From Tubiluchus corallicola (taxonomy: Eukaryota; Animalia; Priapulida), in contig JAQGDQ010000201.1 in assembly GCA_030141605.1 (NCBI GenBank), forward strand, positions 186,001 through 250,000: a stretch of 64,000 nucleotides of DNA, given 5' to 3'. A program made the translations under genes and the position numbers. The notes under the pieces are model-generated. The model ran no database searches, was not told the DNA's origin, and worked only from the letters and a program-made list of their open reading frames with translations. Below, one piece after another: positions 25,860 through 39,100 of the stretch (position 1 is the stretch's first letter; the number at the start of each line of letters is the position of its first letter).

Positions 25860-27174
25860 ATGAGGTAAGAATCTGCATTGTGAAGCCACTTAATTCACTT
25901 ATATACGTTTAGAAATAAAATTTATTTTGAATCTTTAATTAAATGCAACTATACGTCAATGGGTATACCAGCTTGAATGAGTACAAATGAAGCAATTTAT
26001 CGAGGTTTGCTTCGTTGTTAATCAACAATTGTATTTTTGTGATGATTGATGTTGTGCATTAGTATTGTATTACTGGCACTTGCGTTGTATTACATGTTGT
26101 TTTTCTATGTGCACATTGTACTTGTTTATGAATATGTACTGCACCATTTGTGTACATAATAAATAACGAAGTGAAATTAGTATTTTCTGTCTATTTTTTG
26201 TGCCTGATAAAATCGCTACACTTTAAATTAGCAAAATAAGCACAGTATGCGTTCTGTGTGTAAAAAATAGATGTCTAATCTTTTCTACCAGAAAACAACA
26301 CGGGGATCAGTTTGTCTTTATCAGTTGATCTGAAATTATAATTTTAAATACATTAATTTCGAACATTTGTCCCGAGTATAAACACTAAGAACTGAATTAG
26401 CGCAATATATGGCCTATAATCATTTAAACTTGAGAGCCTTGACTTGTAGATTTTGGTTGACAACTAGAAATAATAAAGCATAGCTCAATTGGTAATGCAT
26501 AATAAAACTAATATACTGTTTATTGCTCCATTCGTTTGTCCATTGTTTGTCCGTTCTTATTCACTGCCTGCTCGTTTGTTAACTTTGTTCCTTCATTTGT
26601 TTGTTTGTAAAATAAAGCATCTCGCTGTGATGACTGTTTCAGCTCAATCGAAGAAGACCCTGTGAAGAAGGACGATATGTCTATTGTCAAAGATCAAAGC
26701 CAGTTCAGTGACATCACCGGTAAAGCGACTTCCCCTGAGTCGGAAGACGGAGCACCGAAGAAAAAGAGAGTATGGTGGAAAATCGTCTTAAAGTATATGT
26801 TCTCAACCGTAGGCCTGTTTTTCCTCGTCATGCTGTACTCTGTAGTAGGAGGACTAATTTTTCAGTATGTATCGCAAATTTCGGAAGCATTTATAGAAAA
26901 TGTTTCCTTAAACTGTTATGGAACCCTATATCTTATTTAACAGTATCGTTTTACTGTTTTATATTTTCTATTTGGTTACTTTGTAGTACATTTCTACTTC
27001 CTAACAGCAGTAATCACGCTCTAGCTAGTATTACTTTAGTATAAGTGTAGCATAAGTATTGTAATTTGTATTTCAAGTTTAGGATTTTAACTTCAAAATG
27101 ATATCGTTTTTTTTACTTTAAATGTAGCACTTAGTGCTCATGATGTAACGTTTTTGAAAGGCAATTAGATAAAC

Positions 27175-27272
<98 letters not shown>

Positions 27273-30200
27273 GCTGCTGCTGCTGTTGTTGTTGTTGTTA
27301 TTTTTATTATTATTCTTTTATTCTTATAAAATTTTATACAGCAATGAGTTTTAGTATAAATAATTAATACAATAAATAATATTTTTGTTAGTAATTAAAA
27401 AATATGATGAAACCCATACATATCGTCATGCATGCTACATGTAGTGGCGTATGCATTCATAAAAAGCTTTTCTAATTTTTCTTTTTACATTAAAAGTAAA
27501 GCAAAAAGTACAACCATCCTTTATCCTTAAACCAGTATTTGAGTCATTCATAAAATATAACATTTTTGATGTAACAATTGATTTGGAATTCTTCTTAAAA
27601 AGCCCAGTTTACGACTGTCAAATAAGAAGTTTGCTGGTATGATACCACAGCTGTACATAAGTAGTTTTACACTTTCGTTTTGTTTAAAGTCAAATATTTT
27701 CTACATGCACAGTTCTAATTTGCTCTAATTACATTCGCATCTACAATAGAAATGCCATCAACTTAACACCCGTACAACAAAATTGGGACGACAATAAGAA
27801 CTAATTATTAATATTATAGATAGTTTGTATATACAGCTGATTATGGGTAACAAGTTTATTCATTATAGATCTATATTATTATGACACTTATTTTTAAAGT
27901 AATGTTGTGTTGTACACACATTTTGGTGTATATGTATTAAATTTATATTTTTAACTAACCTTATTTATTTAAACTATTTTTTTACTGATCCTTGTACACA
28001 GTTTTGTTATTGTACCTGAGTATGAATAAATAGTAATAAATAATAATGGTGCAACGGGATGTGTTTTTGTAGAAGAGATATTCGTCACACTCCTTACACA
28101 CTTTTTCACTACATCATAAGTCTTCACTACAACATAATTTTCGAAAAAAAAACGCAGGAAAACTAATGCTGGAGGCTGTGAAACTCAAAAGAAGTGAAGA
28201 ATATACGATGGAGCACAATATATCAATGCTCAGTGATAAGAAGAGCTTGTTTTTGTTGTTTGTAGACGTATAATGGTATTGATGTCATTTGAGTTTAATT
28301 TCGTTATTTTGTTCTTGTTGTAGTCAAGTGTGCTGAATTAAACGTTTAACTCGCCAGAGTTTGAAGTATTTAATTCCACTTCCAGGGCGCTAGAAACACC
28401 AGAAGAGGAAGCACACAATGCGGAATTGATAAGAGTCAGCGACGATCTTATCAGGTAAGTCGGTAATACTGTACTAACAATTAACTGAGGTAATAATTTT
28501 AGGCTCGCTGACGCTGAAGCAAATTCTGCTACGATTCACATCACACATGCAACCGCGTACTTCAATATCGCCTTCAGTAGTTTAGAAAATACCTTTTCGA
28601 ACTGCATTTACAAATGTGTGGAACAGTTTCTTATCGAATTAATTGAACTTTTAATTTTTTTAAACTTAGGCTTCAACAAGCTTTGGTCAAAAATTTGTAC
28701 CTGAATTTAACTCAGGATAACGTCACCGAAGAAGAATTTAAGAATCAGGCCTACGAGTACATCAGTAAGAAAACTTATTTATAATGTCTCTATGTCAATT
28801 CTCATAATAGGCTAGTATATAATTACAGTAATAGTAGAATATGAACTGTTGAGCATATAACTACAAAAGAACGTGTTACTAGTATTTCTGTTGTTTCTGT
28901 GTTACAGGATATCAGATAAATACTGAAATAAATACTGATTAAAAATAAACCTAAATTAATAACCTAATTTAGGTTTATTTTTAATTTAAGAAGCTCTAAA
29001 AAGTAACCATCAAACATATAGTAGCTAAAATGGATTTTCCTTTTAAACAACGCTCTTATTAAAAACAATTAGGCCTGCTATGTGGCAGGGGAAAACACTT
29101 ACAGGTAATTAAGTAATCTGATCAATTTAGATGACTGGAGATTGTCAATTGTCAATGCATCTGTAACTCTGAAGTATAACAGTAGTATGATTGGTGTAGA
29201 AACGAAACAGATTTGGACACTAGCTTCTGCGATCATGTTCGCCACTACCATTGTTACTACGGTTGGTAAGTTAACCGTTAAGCATTAAATTACGAGAATA
29301 GACTGAGCATTTGTTAAAAGCATATCAATAGAGTTTGTTACACGGCCCGTCTCTTTTGAGATTGAATTGAAGTCTACATTGCGGCGCCTAGAACACTTAT
29401 GACAGAACAAAATGTTGACGAAGATTTGCCCACAGAAGCTTAAAAAACAAAATCAGTGGACACTATATCATTTGATTTGGTTTACCAAGCCAAGTTTAAC
29501 TTGAACAATTTCAAATTTTCACCCAATGGTGTCAAAAGACGCACAATCGGTCACTTTGATAAAATATTTAATTATTCACAGCGTTTTTCATTTTATTCTT
29601 GTGTATTGATGTAATTTTGTGAATTACGAGCAGATTTATGGGTGAATCGAAAATTGAAGAGTAAATCTGTTGTAAAAGTGTGTATGAAAAATTCATTGCT
29701 GAAATTTTTTGTAGGCTATGGTAACATTACACCGAAATCCATGGTCGGACGCCTGGTTACAATTGGATATGCTCTATTTGGACTGCCTCTCATGATGATG
29801 TTTCTGGCAAACATAGGTGACGTACTGGCCAACGGGATCAAATACATCTATAATAGGCTATGCTGCTATACATGCAACCAGAAGTATATGATGTATGAGG
29901 GTCTTGTTGTCCAGCCACAAGGTAATCAGTTATGGCAAGCGCCTTAATGGGTAATTACAAAGCTTACCCTGGAAATTTAAAACTATATTTATAATGACAA
30001 TGTTTTATCTTAAATTTATTAGTACAAAGAATTTCAATTGTATTTATAGCAATGTACAATCAGCCTGAAATGGAAGAAGCAAATGTTGGCAATATTACGC
30101 CTGTTGAAAGTCAGAAAGAGCCAATATCAGATTTGACAACAGCCCGCGGTCACTTCAGAGGTTATCCTCTCATCGTTGAGAATGATGATGGTAGAATCGC

Positions 30201-31050
30201 TCAACAAGGTGATGCAGCTCCAGAAGGACAGGACCAAACAGGTCAAGATCAAGTAGCACAGAAGAATAAGGTAGAAAACAGAATTCCAGATCGTCCAGTC
30301 CCATGGTTCATAACATTACTATTGCTGGCAGGTTACATAGCTCTTGGAGGAATATGCTTTTCTGTCTGGGAAGGCTGGAGTCCTACAATAGGGGCCTATT
30401 TCAGCTTCGTGACAATTAGCACTATTGGTTTTGGCGATTTTGTTCCCGGTACAAAATCAACCGAGGAAGAAAACTATGAACTAGTTCTCATTATTGTTGC
30501 AGCCTACATGCTGTTGGGCATGTCAGTATTGTCAATGGTCGTAACACTCTTGCTGGAGAGCCTCAAAACAACAGCCAAAAAGGTAGCTGCAAAAGTGCAA
30601 CACAAGAAGCTCAGACAAAAAGAACAATCTTTGCATGCAAACGCTATACAGTCAGACCAGCCTATCAATCAAGTTTCACCGACTGGCAAATGGCCAGAAG
30701 GCAGCAGAGTATCTCCGGAAGGCAGACAGTCACCAGAGGAAGACCCTCTATCTCGAAGTGGGGCGCCACTGATTACAAATTCACCCGAATTAGATAAAAA
30801 ATCAGCAGAGAGAGGGAGACAGAAAAAAGACAAAGAAGCATATGATGAGATAAGTGATATTGAAAAGAAAGATGATGGCAACGAAAAGGGCAAGACAAAA
30901 AGAAGCGATGACAAGGATGGAAACGAAGCAGAAGAAAATAAAGGTGAAGATAATCCAGCATTTGACAATGATGAGGATGAAAATAACCACAGTCTGAGTA
31001 ACCTAAAAGAAGCAAAAGAAAGAAAAAATATGGACATGTTAGCAATTTAA
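25860..31050 (+). CDS. Two-pore-domain potassium channel (K2P/TWIK family, KCNK18-like), paralogue B, ~577 aa
   Basis: Exons 25860-25864 (ATGAG|gtaaga), 26643-26864, 28386-28454, 28670-28764, 29131-29265, 29715-29921 and 30050-31050 (1734 nt). ALETPEE after M1; P1 TTIVTTVG|YGNITPKS; P2 VTISTIGFGDFVP. Confidence 0.93.
27177..27313. repeat. Compound microsatellite (TTA)n(TTG)n(CTG)n
   Basis: Directly visible trinucleotide runs in a K2P-B intron. Confidence 0.95.
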
Positions 31051-33131
31051 TCCAATAGTACTTTCTAGTTTCCAGTATATTGAGTGCAATATGCAATAAA
31101 TTCATGAATCTGTCATCAACCAGACACAAGGAGACAAAATAAGTGCAAAGTCACTATTATTTTGTATCTACTTTATACTCTGCTTTATACTTTTACCTTC
31201 CCAAAGCATGGCACCTTTTTCAGTGCAGTAGAGTGGTTGTTCATTGCCTGGACATTATAACATTGATTCTGCTTGACAAATTCACAATTAAAACGTATGC
31301 GAAAGCAAGTGAAGCAAGCAGGCTGAGTGCCATTTGGCCTGCAAACAGTTCATGGGCCGTGAGTACTCCACACACTGAAGACCTATAGTAAAAAGTTTAC
31401 ATTTTAACACCTATACCGATGCCTTTAGCAACGTTTCTGATAATTTGATAATTAAATAATAGGTTAAAAACTTAATAATTGGCGGGCGAGCACAACTAGT
31501 GATGACATCACAAGTTAACATGATTTTCAAAAGCACAAACATTCCATGAACGTGTTGCACGTGTTTGTGAAAGCGAACATTGAAGTACAGGATTACTGTA
31601 TAATATTCAATGCAATATAACAAAGTTTGGAAAATTCTGAGTAAAAAATTTAAATTTCAAGCTTACCGCTATGATCACGCATGGCCTCTCGAACGTGTGC
31701 GCTGCATCACAACTGAACACCTGTGAGAGGTATAACACCTGTTTTTTGTGCAACGTGCTTCATAGATGCACCCGCTAGTGCCCATCTAATTAGTGAACAG
31801 CGAAGAACAGGCCGTGCGGGCGCGTAATTACGTTTCTGTGGAAATAATTCTTTCAAGTAACTCGTTCGTGAAAAAATTGTATGTTCCCCGTTCAATATTT
31901 TATAGTGTAGATTGTTTCGAGCTATAGTTTAAGACCGGGCCTTATTTTGTTTTATTGAAATCTGAATAACAGTGCTTTAAATAGACGTTTAGTTTGTAAA
32001 AGTCTATGGACTGCAAAAAAAACTGTTACCGATCGTGTAGTTGTAAAAATTTACCTAGTAGAGGTGCATTGGATGTAGATGTATCTTTACAAGGGTGTGG
32101 AGTGCGAAGGCCTCAGACAACATGCAGCTTTTCATCAAGTGGCATACACGTCAGTACGCTCCCCATCAAGTACGCACTTGACAGTTAGAAGAAAATTTAT
32201 TTAAAACGAATGTTACACTACGGTAGTAATGTTTTTTATATTACGTGTTATTAATGATAAAAGTGACGCTGGTTGGAGACAGATGGTTGCATGTGTGATG
32301 CGATGTAATAATGCATGCAGTTTTTCATTAGTGTGAAAAGGAAACTTTTGTGTGGCAACTCAACTTTATTGTTGCCAACTTCTGGAGACAGATTGACATG
32401 TATCATAGTAATGGGAAGCCAAAAGCTAGGTGATCAATATTCAACTGATACAACGCAGTTTATTAATGATTACGAGAAGCCAAGCCACGCGCATATAGTC
32501 GAGTAGTGAAAGAACAATAATTACTGAGCATGCGAAACCGTCTATCATAAATGTCGCATTCCAGGGAATGAAACTACTAATATGCAATCGTTATAGGTCC
32601 ACCTGTTCAATCACCTGGTGTTTACGAGAGAGAAAGAACAATTAGTCAAATGAGGGCAACTTGTGCGTGGGGGAGACAGCAATGGATACGCGTATATGCT
32701 GCTTATTACACTAGGTTTATAAATTCCAAACAAATGAGAAATTTTGTAATGTAGGTACTTTCAGTTGATCATAAAGCAGCCTCTGCGAAGTCTACTGTCG
32801 CACTATTAACACTCATTATTTCGTGTTAGTTGATTACTATGACAAATGTATCTTCATTCTTGTAATACTATTTATTACAGTCAGGTTTAAATTAGAAATA
32901 TAAGATTAAAGATTAAAAATAAATGCATAAAAATATGCTGTTGAAATGTGTTCTGACATTACGCACACATATTACGATGAAAGAAAATTCACTTACAAGT
33001 GCTAATTACAAACGTTTTCGTCACAAACTGATCGGTATGTTGTCAACTGGATCTGAAATTTTTAACAATATAACGACGAACCAAACATTGACTTGAATAA
33101 GTCTATTACTAATAGATGAAGCGTTATCATC

Positions 33132-33196
33132 ACATAACAGAGCAGTTTTAACAATACATAACGCCGTTATGTATTGTTAAAACTGCTCTCTTATGT
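33132..33196. repeat. Near-perfect 65-bp palindrome
   Basis: Arms of 32 bp (acataacagagcagttttaacaatacataacg / cgttatgtattgttaaaactgctctcttatgt) with one mismatch and a 1-nt spacer. Confidence 0.95.
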
Positions 33197-33819
33197 TTAG
33201 TTTGATACTTAAACGTTGAAACGCATGGCCAACATTTTCGTAACAATTTTTTACAACTGTTACTCTTTTCTTCATGGAACAATTAAATACTCCACTTACA
33301 TTGTTAGAATAACAATCAATTTGAGAGTAAAAAATGAATGAATTGTGTACTCTTCTTTGAATATTTTAGGTTACAATATTACTGAAAATTTATCTACCAG
33401 CTATCTAGTAATAGCTACCCCTCCATGTATAGACTCGTGGAACCATTCGTTACCTTTGATTTGGTTTATCCTACAGACCTAATCTGCACATTGTTTGCGT
33501 CATACTTGGCTTCTTGTCGTCTCATTAACTTACTTTTCAAACTGTGTGGTTCAAAAAAAGCAAAAAGTCAGCACATGGCAAATGAACTATTAATTATCAT
33601 TTAAAAACTTATTTAAATAGATATAACAGTGTGTTCTACGAAGCCAACGGTTTTATTGGTTTTCTTGGTCAAATTCTTAATACATATCATACTAATGTAT
33701 CATACATGGGTAGAGACAGTAGTAGTAATAGATTATTGTCACATGAGATATGACCATCGCCATGTTATTACAGTAACCATTTCAACAATGGTACCGGGGG
33801 TCTTACCCATCTTCCTGTT

Positions 33820-35750
33820 TTAACTTTCAAGTGATGTGCAGATAAAACAAACCGGCTAAAATTGATACGCAGCGAATCAGCCATATTAGTAGTATATACC
33901 TGGTGCTGTTTAAGTGATGGATTGAGAGATACATAAGTTGAAAACGTGTTTTTGTTAAACTCTTCCTTCTAATCACCTCGCGCAAATCCTTTGGGATATA
34001 ATTAGAGTAAGACATAAATACTCTGTAACGACAGGAGTTTAAATTTGTTGAAATAATCAGATTCCAGGCAATCGATCAGGGCTCGTCTTCAAAGATATTG
34101 GGCATCTTCTTAGATAGCAGTTTTGTCTCCGCCTTTTCAAAATTAATTCTTTTAAACGATGCCTATCTGCTTCTGTGTAACACAACTCGTTTGGTGAGGA
34201 ATATTTTACTTCCAGTAGCGCTTTCACAACTTTGTTGTATAACACCTCGAGTGCTCCAAAGTTAACCAAGTTTCTGCTGCGTAAGTCAGCGCACTTGCAA
34301 CGCAGGCCTGTGCCACAGTTTTCTTCAGGGTAAATGGCATATTATAGTTATAGTTGATGAACGATACAAATTTCAGCATGTATTTTGTTTTGTCATGAAC
34401 ATGTTCTCGCATAACAGACCGCATATCTCCATCATCTGTTATTGGTGAGCCTAAATACCATTAAGTTCTCGTGTATTTAATCTTGTGATTTCCAAAGGTA
34501 AAACTTGTAGTGTCTTCAGGAGAATTATTAACGACCATAAATTGTGTCTTGTCTTTGTTTACCACCATGCCGTATTCCTTGCAAAACTCGAGTAGTAATT
34601 CAAATTTTGCAGCACATGCCTATTTACTGGTAGAAATTATAGCAGTGTCGTCCATCAGTAAATGCGTGTGGAGATTTCCAAGGAAGCCGTCTATACTCGA
34701 AAATCTTACGCACCACGAAGTCTAGATAAAACACAAAGAGCAAACAACTCAATGGCGCTCCCGGCTTCACACCAATTCATGCATCAATGATGGCAGTTCG
34801 CAATGCTAAACGTGTGCACTTATACATTTCTTTAATTGTTATCAAAAATCTTCGACCACACCCAGCATTTTTCAGTAAGTAGATCATCTTATTCCGATGT
34901 ACCTTATCATAGGCTTGTTTAAAATGTCCAAATAATATCCAAAATTTTATTCGTTTCACTTTGGCATATTCGATTAGTAGACGTAGTGCTAGTATTTGCT
35001 CCAAGCACCCTCTGTTGTTTTGTGGTCCTGCATGTCCGGCACGAGGTTTGTACCATAGGCTAAACCGCATTGCCATTATTGTGTCATACAATTTACTTAA
35101 CCCGTTCAAAACGGCAATTGCTCTGTAATTGCTGCACTCTTCTCGGCATCCTTTTCTTGAAAACTACCAGTAGTCTAGAGATACACCACTGGGCAGGGTA
35201 TTTATCATACCAAAATATTTTATTGAATATGTCCAGAATCACGACACTCCAAACAATAGGTGGAATTTTAAAAATATGAGGAGCATTCCCATCACAACCT
35301 GCGGATTTATTGAGTTTGAATTTCTGTGCTGCCTCGATATATTCGGCTGCTGTGATGGGGTTGTCTAATATATGTATTTCAGGTGCGTCATAAGTGCTCT
35401 TCATTAACAAGCAGGGTGTTGTCAACATACACGTTTCAACTTTTAAGTGATGAGACGAGAGCATCAAACGACTAAATTCAATTTTAAACGAATTTTGATA
35501 CGCTTTAAAAGCTGTAAAATTTTTGGACTTAAAACTTTGCGAGTTTACCAAATTCCAAGCGAAAACAAGAAGCTCCTCAGGCTCAATGGCAGGTAGCTTT
35601 CTACCCAAAAACCGTTTGCATTCTTGTTAAATCATTCTTTTCAAACTAGGCATTCCAACTTCATTTACAGCCAATTGTAGATGAGGCCAGATGTAGACCA
35701 TTTTACTCTCTGCAAAACTTTTACCACCTTATTATATAATTTTTAGAATT
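33820..35750 (-). mobile_element. Degenerate non-LTR retrotransposon (LINE) ORF2 fragments
   Basis: Frameshifted RT motifs NKSAGCDG, FKQAYDKV, GVKPGAPLSCLLF, LMDDT, LTYAAETW, and C-terminal (L/S)SxHHLKV; many stops. Confidence 0.9.
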
Positions 35751-36156
35751 GGATGTGAGTCATGTCTCCGTTCCATATACTAATGCGCCTGTATGTGGAA
35801 CGACATCAGCATATATAACGATTCCAATGGCTGATGTTCTGTCTTGCGAGCTACTTATGTCTTACTTTGTGCAAGAGACTTGTTTCGATCTCTTGACGCC
35901 CTTTTACATGTTTCACCTTTTTAATTCAAATATCTAGAGGAACCAAATTTTGGTCCGGAAAAACTCGGAAAGAGCTACATACAGTACACATCGATCATAG
36001 GGTAACAACCTAATCAAATTCAGCTTTGCCTTATTATATTTTGCCTTAATATTTTCTGGATTCTTCTTTCATTCTATATTCAATGCAGGATCAGCTGGTA
36101 TCAGGCGAAGCAGCGATGTCCATTATATTATAAGAGTGGAACACAAATGAGTAAAC

Positions 36157-39100
36157 ATGAATGAAATAAGCTTCTTAATTCGAATCTTTTCTGGTGAGTA
36201 GTCAGACTAACAACCATGTGCTATAATTATAGAATAATTATCCCCCATTCCGTGAATATAACCTAGGGATCCTAGGGATTAAGCTTTATTTGCGTCAAAT
36301 AAGGACAGGAGAGTAAGATGCGAGGAAACCATGTATTATAAGGATGTTATTTGGCAAAAAAATTTCAAATTTTATTGTCATCTACGGAAGCAGTGCACCG
36401 AGGAAACAATAATTATTTCTAAGTTTTTTTCTGGTTCTGATTTAACGTCAAGCAATTATTATTTTTTCCGCGAAAACAGAAACTAAACAATTTTTTATGA
36501 AAATATTAGTTACGCATCACACATTTAAATATTCTCTACGTCTTTACAGGGCATAAATAGGTTATTTCGTATAAAAAATGTCCAGTCTTCCAACTGCATA
36601 GCCATGTTCGACAAATGACATTTTAAAATTTGATCGAATAAAAAAACTTTCGTAATTTTTCGTCCTTATGTTCACTAATTATAGCTAATGATGATAACTA
36701 TTACGGGATAATAATTATTGTGTTGTATCATAATTCGTAAATCATAACCATAAAATTAATAGGCCTCACTCTATAGTCATAACCTACCTTGTGGCGCCAC
36801 CTGCAAGAGCATAAACAGAAAACGAATTTTAATTACATATCTGTTTACAGATTTTTGGATCCGGAATGAAATGCGGGATACTTAGTTCATGTTGTTGCTA
36901 TTGGTGGTGGTGGTGTTGTCATTTATTTTTAAAAATCACAAAATTCATCATTATGTAATAAATTTTTGTGACATTACTTATCAGAAAATAATATATTATT
37001 TAACGAACTAATACGGGGTTTGTTGTGCCCTGTAAATAGACCTTGTCCTAGTTTGGGTTTGCTCTAATTGTTGAACTGGGTCAGTTTCTTTCTGTTTTGG
37101 ATGTGGATTCTGGTTTATCTGAGCTCTGCCAGAGAATTGGTCTCTGGCTGGTCTGTTTGGGGTGTGGTCTTCCGACGTCTAGTCTGTCTGGTCTTCAGCG
37201 GTCTGATCTGCCAGAGGTCTGGCTGTGGCACTAGTTTTTATAGAGACTCATGCTAGGTAGTAGATACTCTATCAGACCAAATCCAGCCATATCAGCCACA
37301 AACCAGATTTCTGATAAACCAGTCTCCAAACAGACCAACCGCAATCCAGATCTCCGACAGATCAGCCCTTTGAAGACCAGACACCTGACAGACCAACCGC
37401 AGATCAAACCTCGGAAGACCAGACTCCAGACAAACCAGCCACAAGCCAAACCTTTGATAGTTCAAACCTCAGACAGACCAACTACAGACCACACCAGACT
37501 GCTGTACTGCCCATTCGCGCACCCAGGACAGAAACTCATCCATCAATAATTAGATTAAATCCATATACATGATAGACGTGACAAGTCCTATTTACAGATC
37601 AACAGTGAATTACTTTATTACATAATGAGTGTTACATAGTGACGCAAAATTTGTTACATAATGACGAGTTTTATGATTTGTTACATAAAGCAGATGACGC
37701 ATTGTTACATAATAAAGTGACGTTTGCGTAGCATTCGGATGCGTATGCGTTTTTTTTGGGGGGGGGGGAGGTGCGGAATAGATAAAATCGGTTTATATTG
37801 TTTTCAATGCAGCCGTTTATGCGGCCTGTGTATGCGTTATTCTTTTTCTGCAGTTATTTTATTCCTGTTCCGTACGTGGAAACGCATACGCACCCGGTGC
37901 TACGTAAACGCCACTTAAGTCTTTTGTCACAAAATGAACCTTAGCAAACGATATGGATTTCCTCTGCAAAATATTTATTAAGGCGTTACCTTATAACTCG
38001 TATAACTTTTACCATAGAATAAATAGAATCATCAAGAAGACACAAATCATCAGCGAGAATCATATTATTCAGCACATCACTGCTTTTTTAAGTTCAAATT
38101 CTGCGCTGGAAACCTCCAAGAGGGGCTGTACATGGGCGCTGCTAGAGGTTAAATTTGACGCACAAGCAGCTAGTTGAACGGGGGGAGCGCTGTTAGCTCT
38201 CCCAGCGGCGTGCGGGGCGGAGCCTCGGCTGCCAACGCATTTTCCTGTATTTAATCACATTTTGGAGGCCTCAAATGAGATCTATATTCTAGTACATAGA
38301 CTTCCTCAAACGTGAAAAATTCTGTTTTAATAAATATATTTTACCTACATTTACCTAGACAATATTCATTGTATTCTATTGTAGTAGTCATAATATCTTA
38401 TTAGCAAGTTCGTAATACACTGCAATGTGGATGACCCATTACTTAAGCTTAATTTATTTAGTGTCATGATTATCTACCCAGCAAAATGTGCATAGTCAAA
38501 CATAAAACTGATTTGAGATTGTGAAGTTTGAAGTCCATCCACTGTTCATACAAAATTTAATATGTTTACGTGCGTGCTAATTTTCCCACTGGGCACAGCT
38601 AATACAATTTTACTGCATTATAGACCATTTTGCGGTTGCAAAAAGCCATTTCCTCAGGCAAGTTCACCTCAAACTCGTGACTCATAATTTCACTACTACC
38701 GTAAAAGGGAGGCCCAAGCCCTTTGGGCCCACCCCTAAATTCAGAAGTGCTAAAAACTGTCTACTAGATAAATGAGTAGACAATCTACTAGACAATTGAG
38801 ACAATACTGGACAGTGTTTAGACAACAAGAGAATCCGCACTATGTAAGTGATATACATAAACATAACTTCACTATGCAAATCAGCTGACTGCTCTGGGAT
38901 CGAGCAAACAAACAAGGGGTTGGTGTGTTTCTTGGTTCACTGCTAAAAAAACTTTATTTAGCCGTAAAAAAATTCTTAAGAAATACCTATGGCTGAACGC
39001 GTTGGTAACATCAACGTTGGTAGCAAACTTTGGTCGAATCTAAACGCGGTTTTAAATCCTTCAAGCTCTGCGCGCATTTGTTGTTTGACTAACCTGTAAC

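Noticed and set aside
30163-30185. PLIVEN as a TRESK-like calcineurin PxIxIT docking site
   Set aside because: Matches only part of the consensus; not supportable.
30669-31129. Antisense ORFs over the K2P-B tail (and similar ones over other exons)
   Set aside because: Shadows of purine-rich coding sequence with no independent protein features.
36851-36930. Hydrophobic MLLLLVVVVLSF frame as the sphingomyelinase signal peptide
   Set aside because: It derives from a short (TTG/GTG)n run and lacks a suitable donor; the 36157 and 39220 exons give a cleaner in-phase signal peptide.
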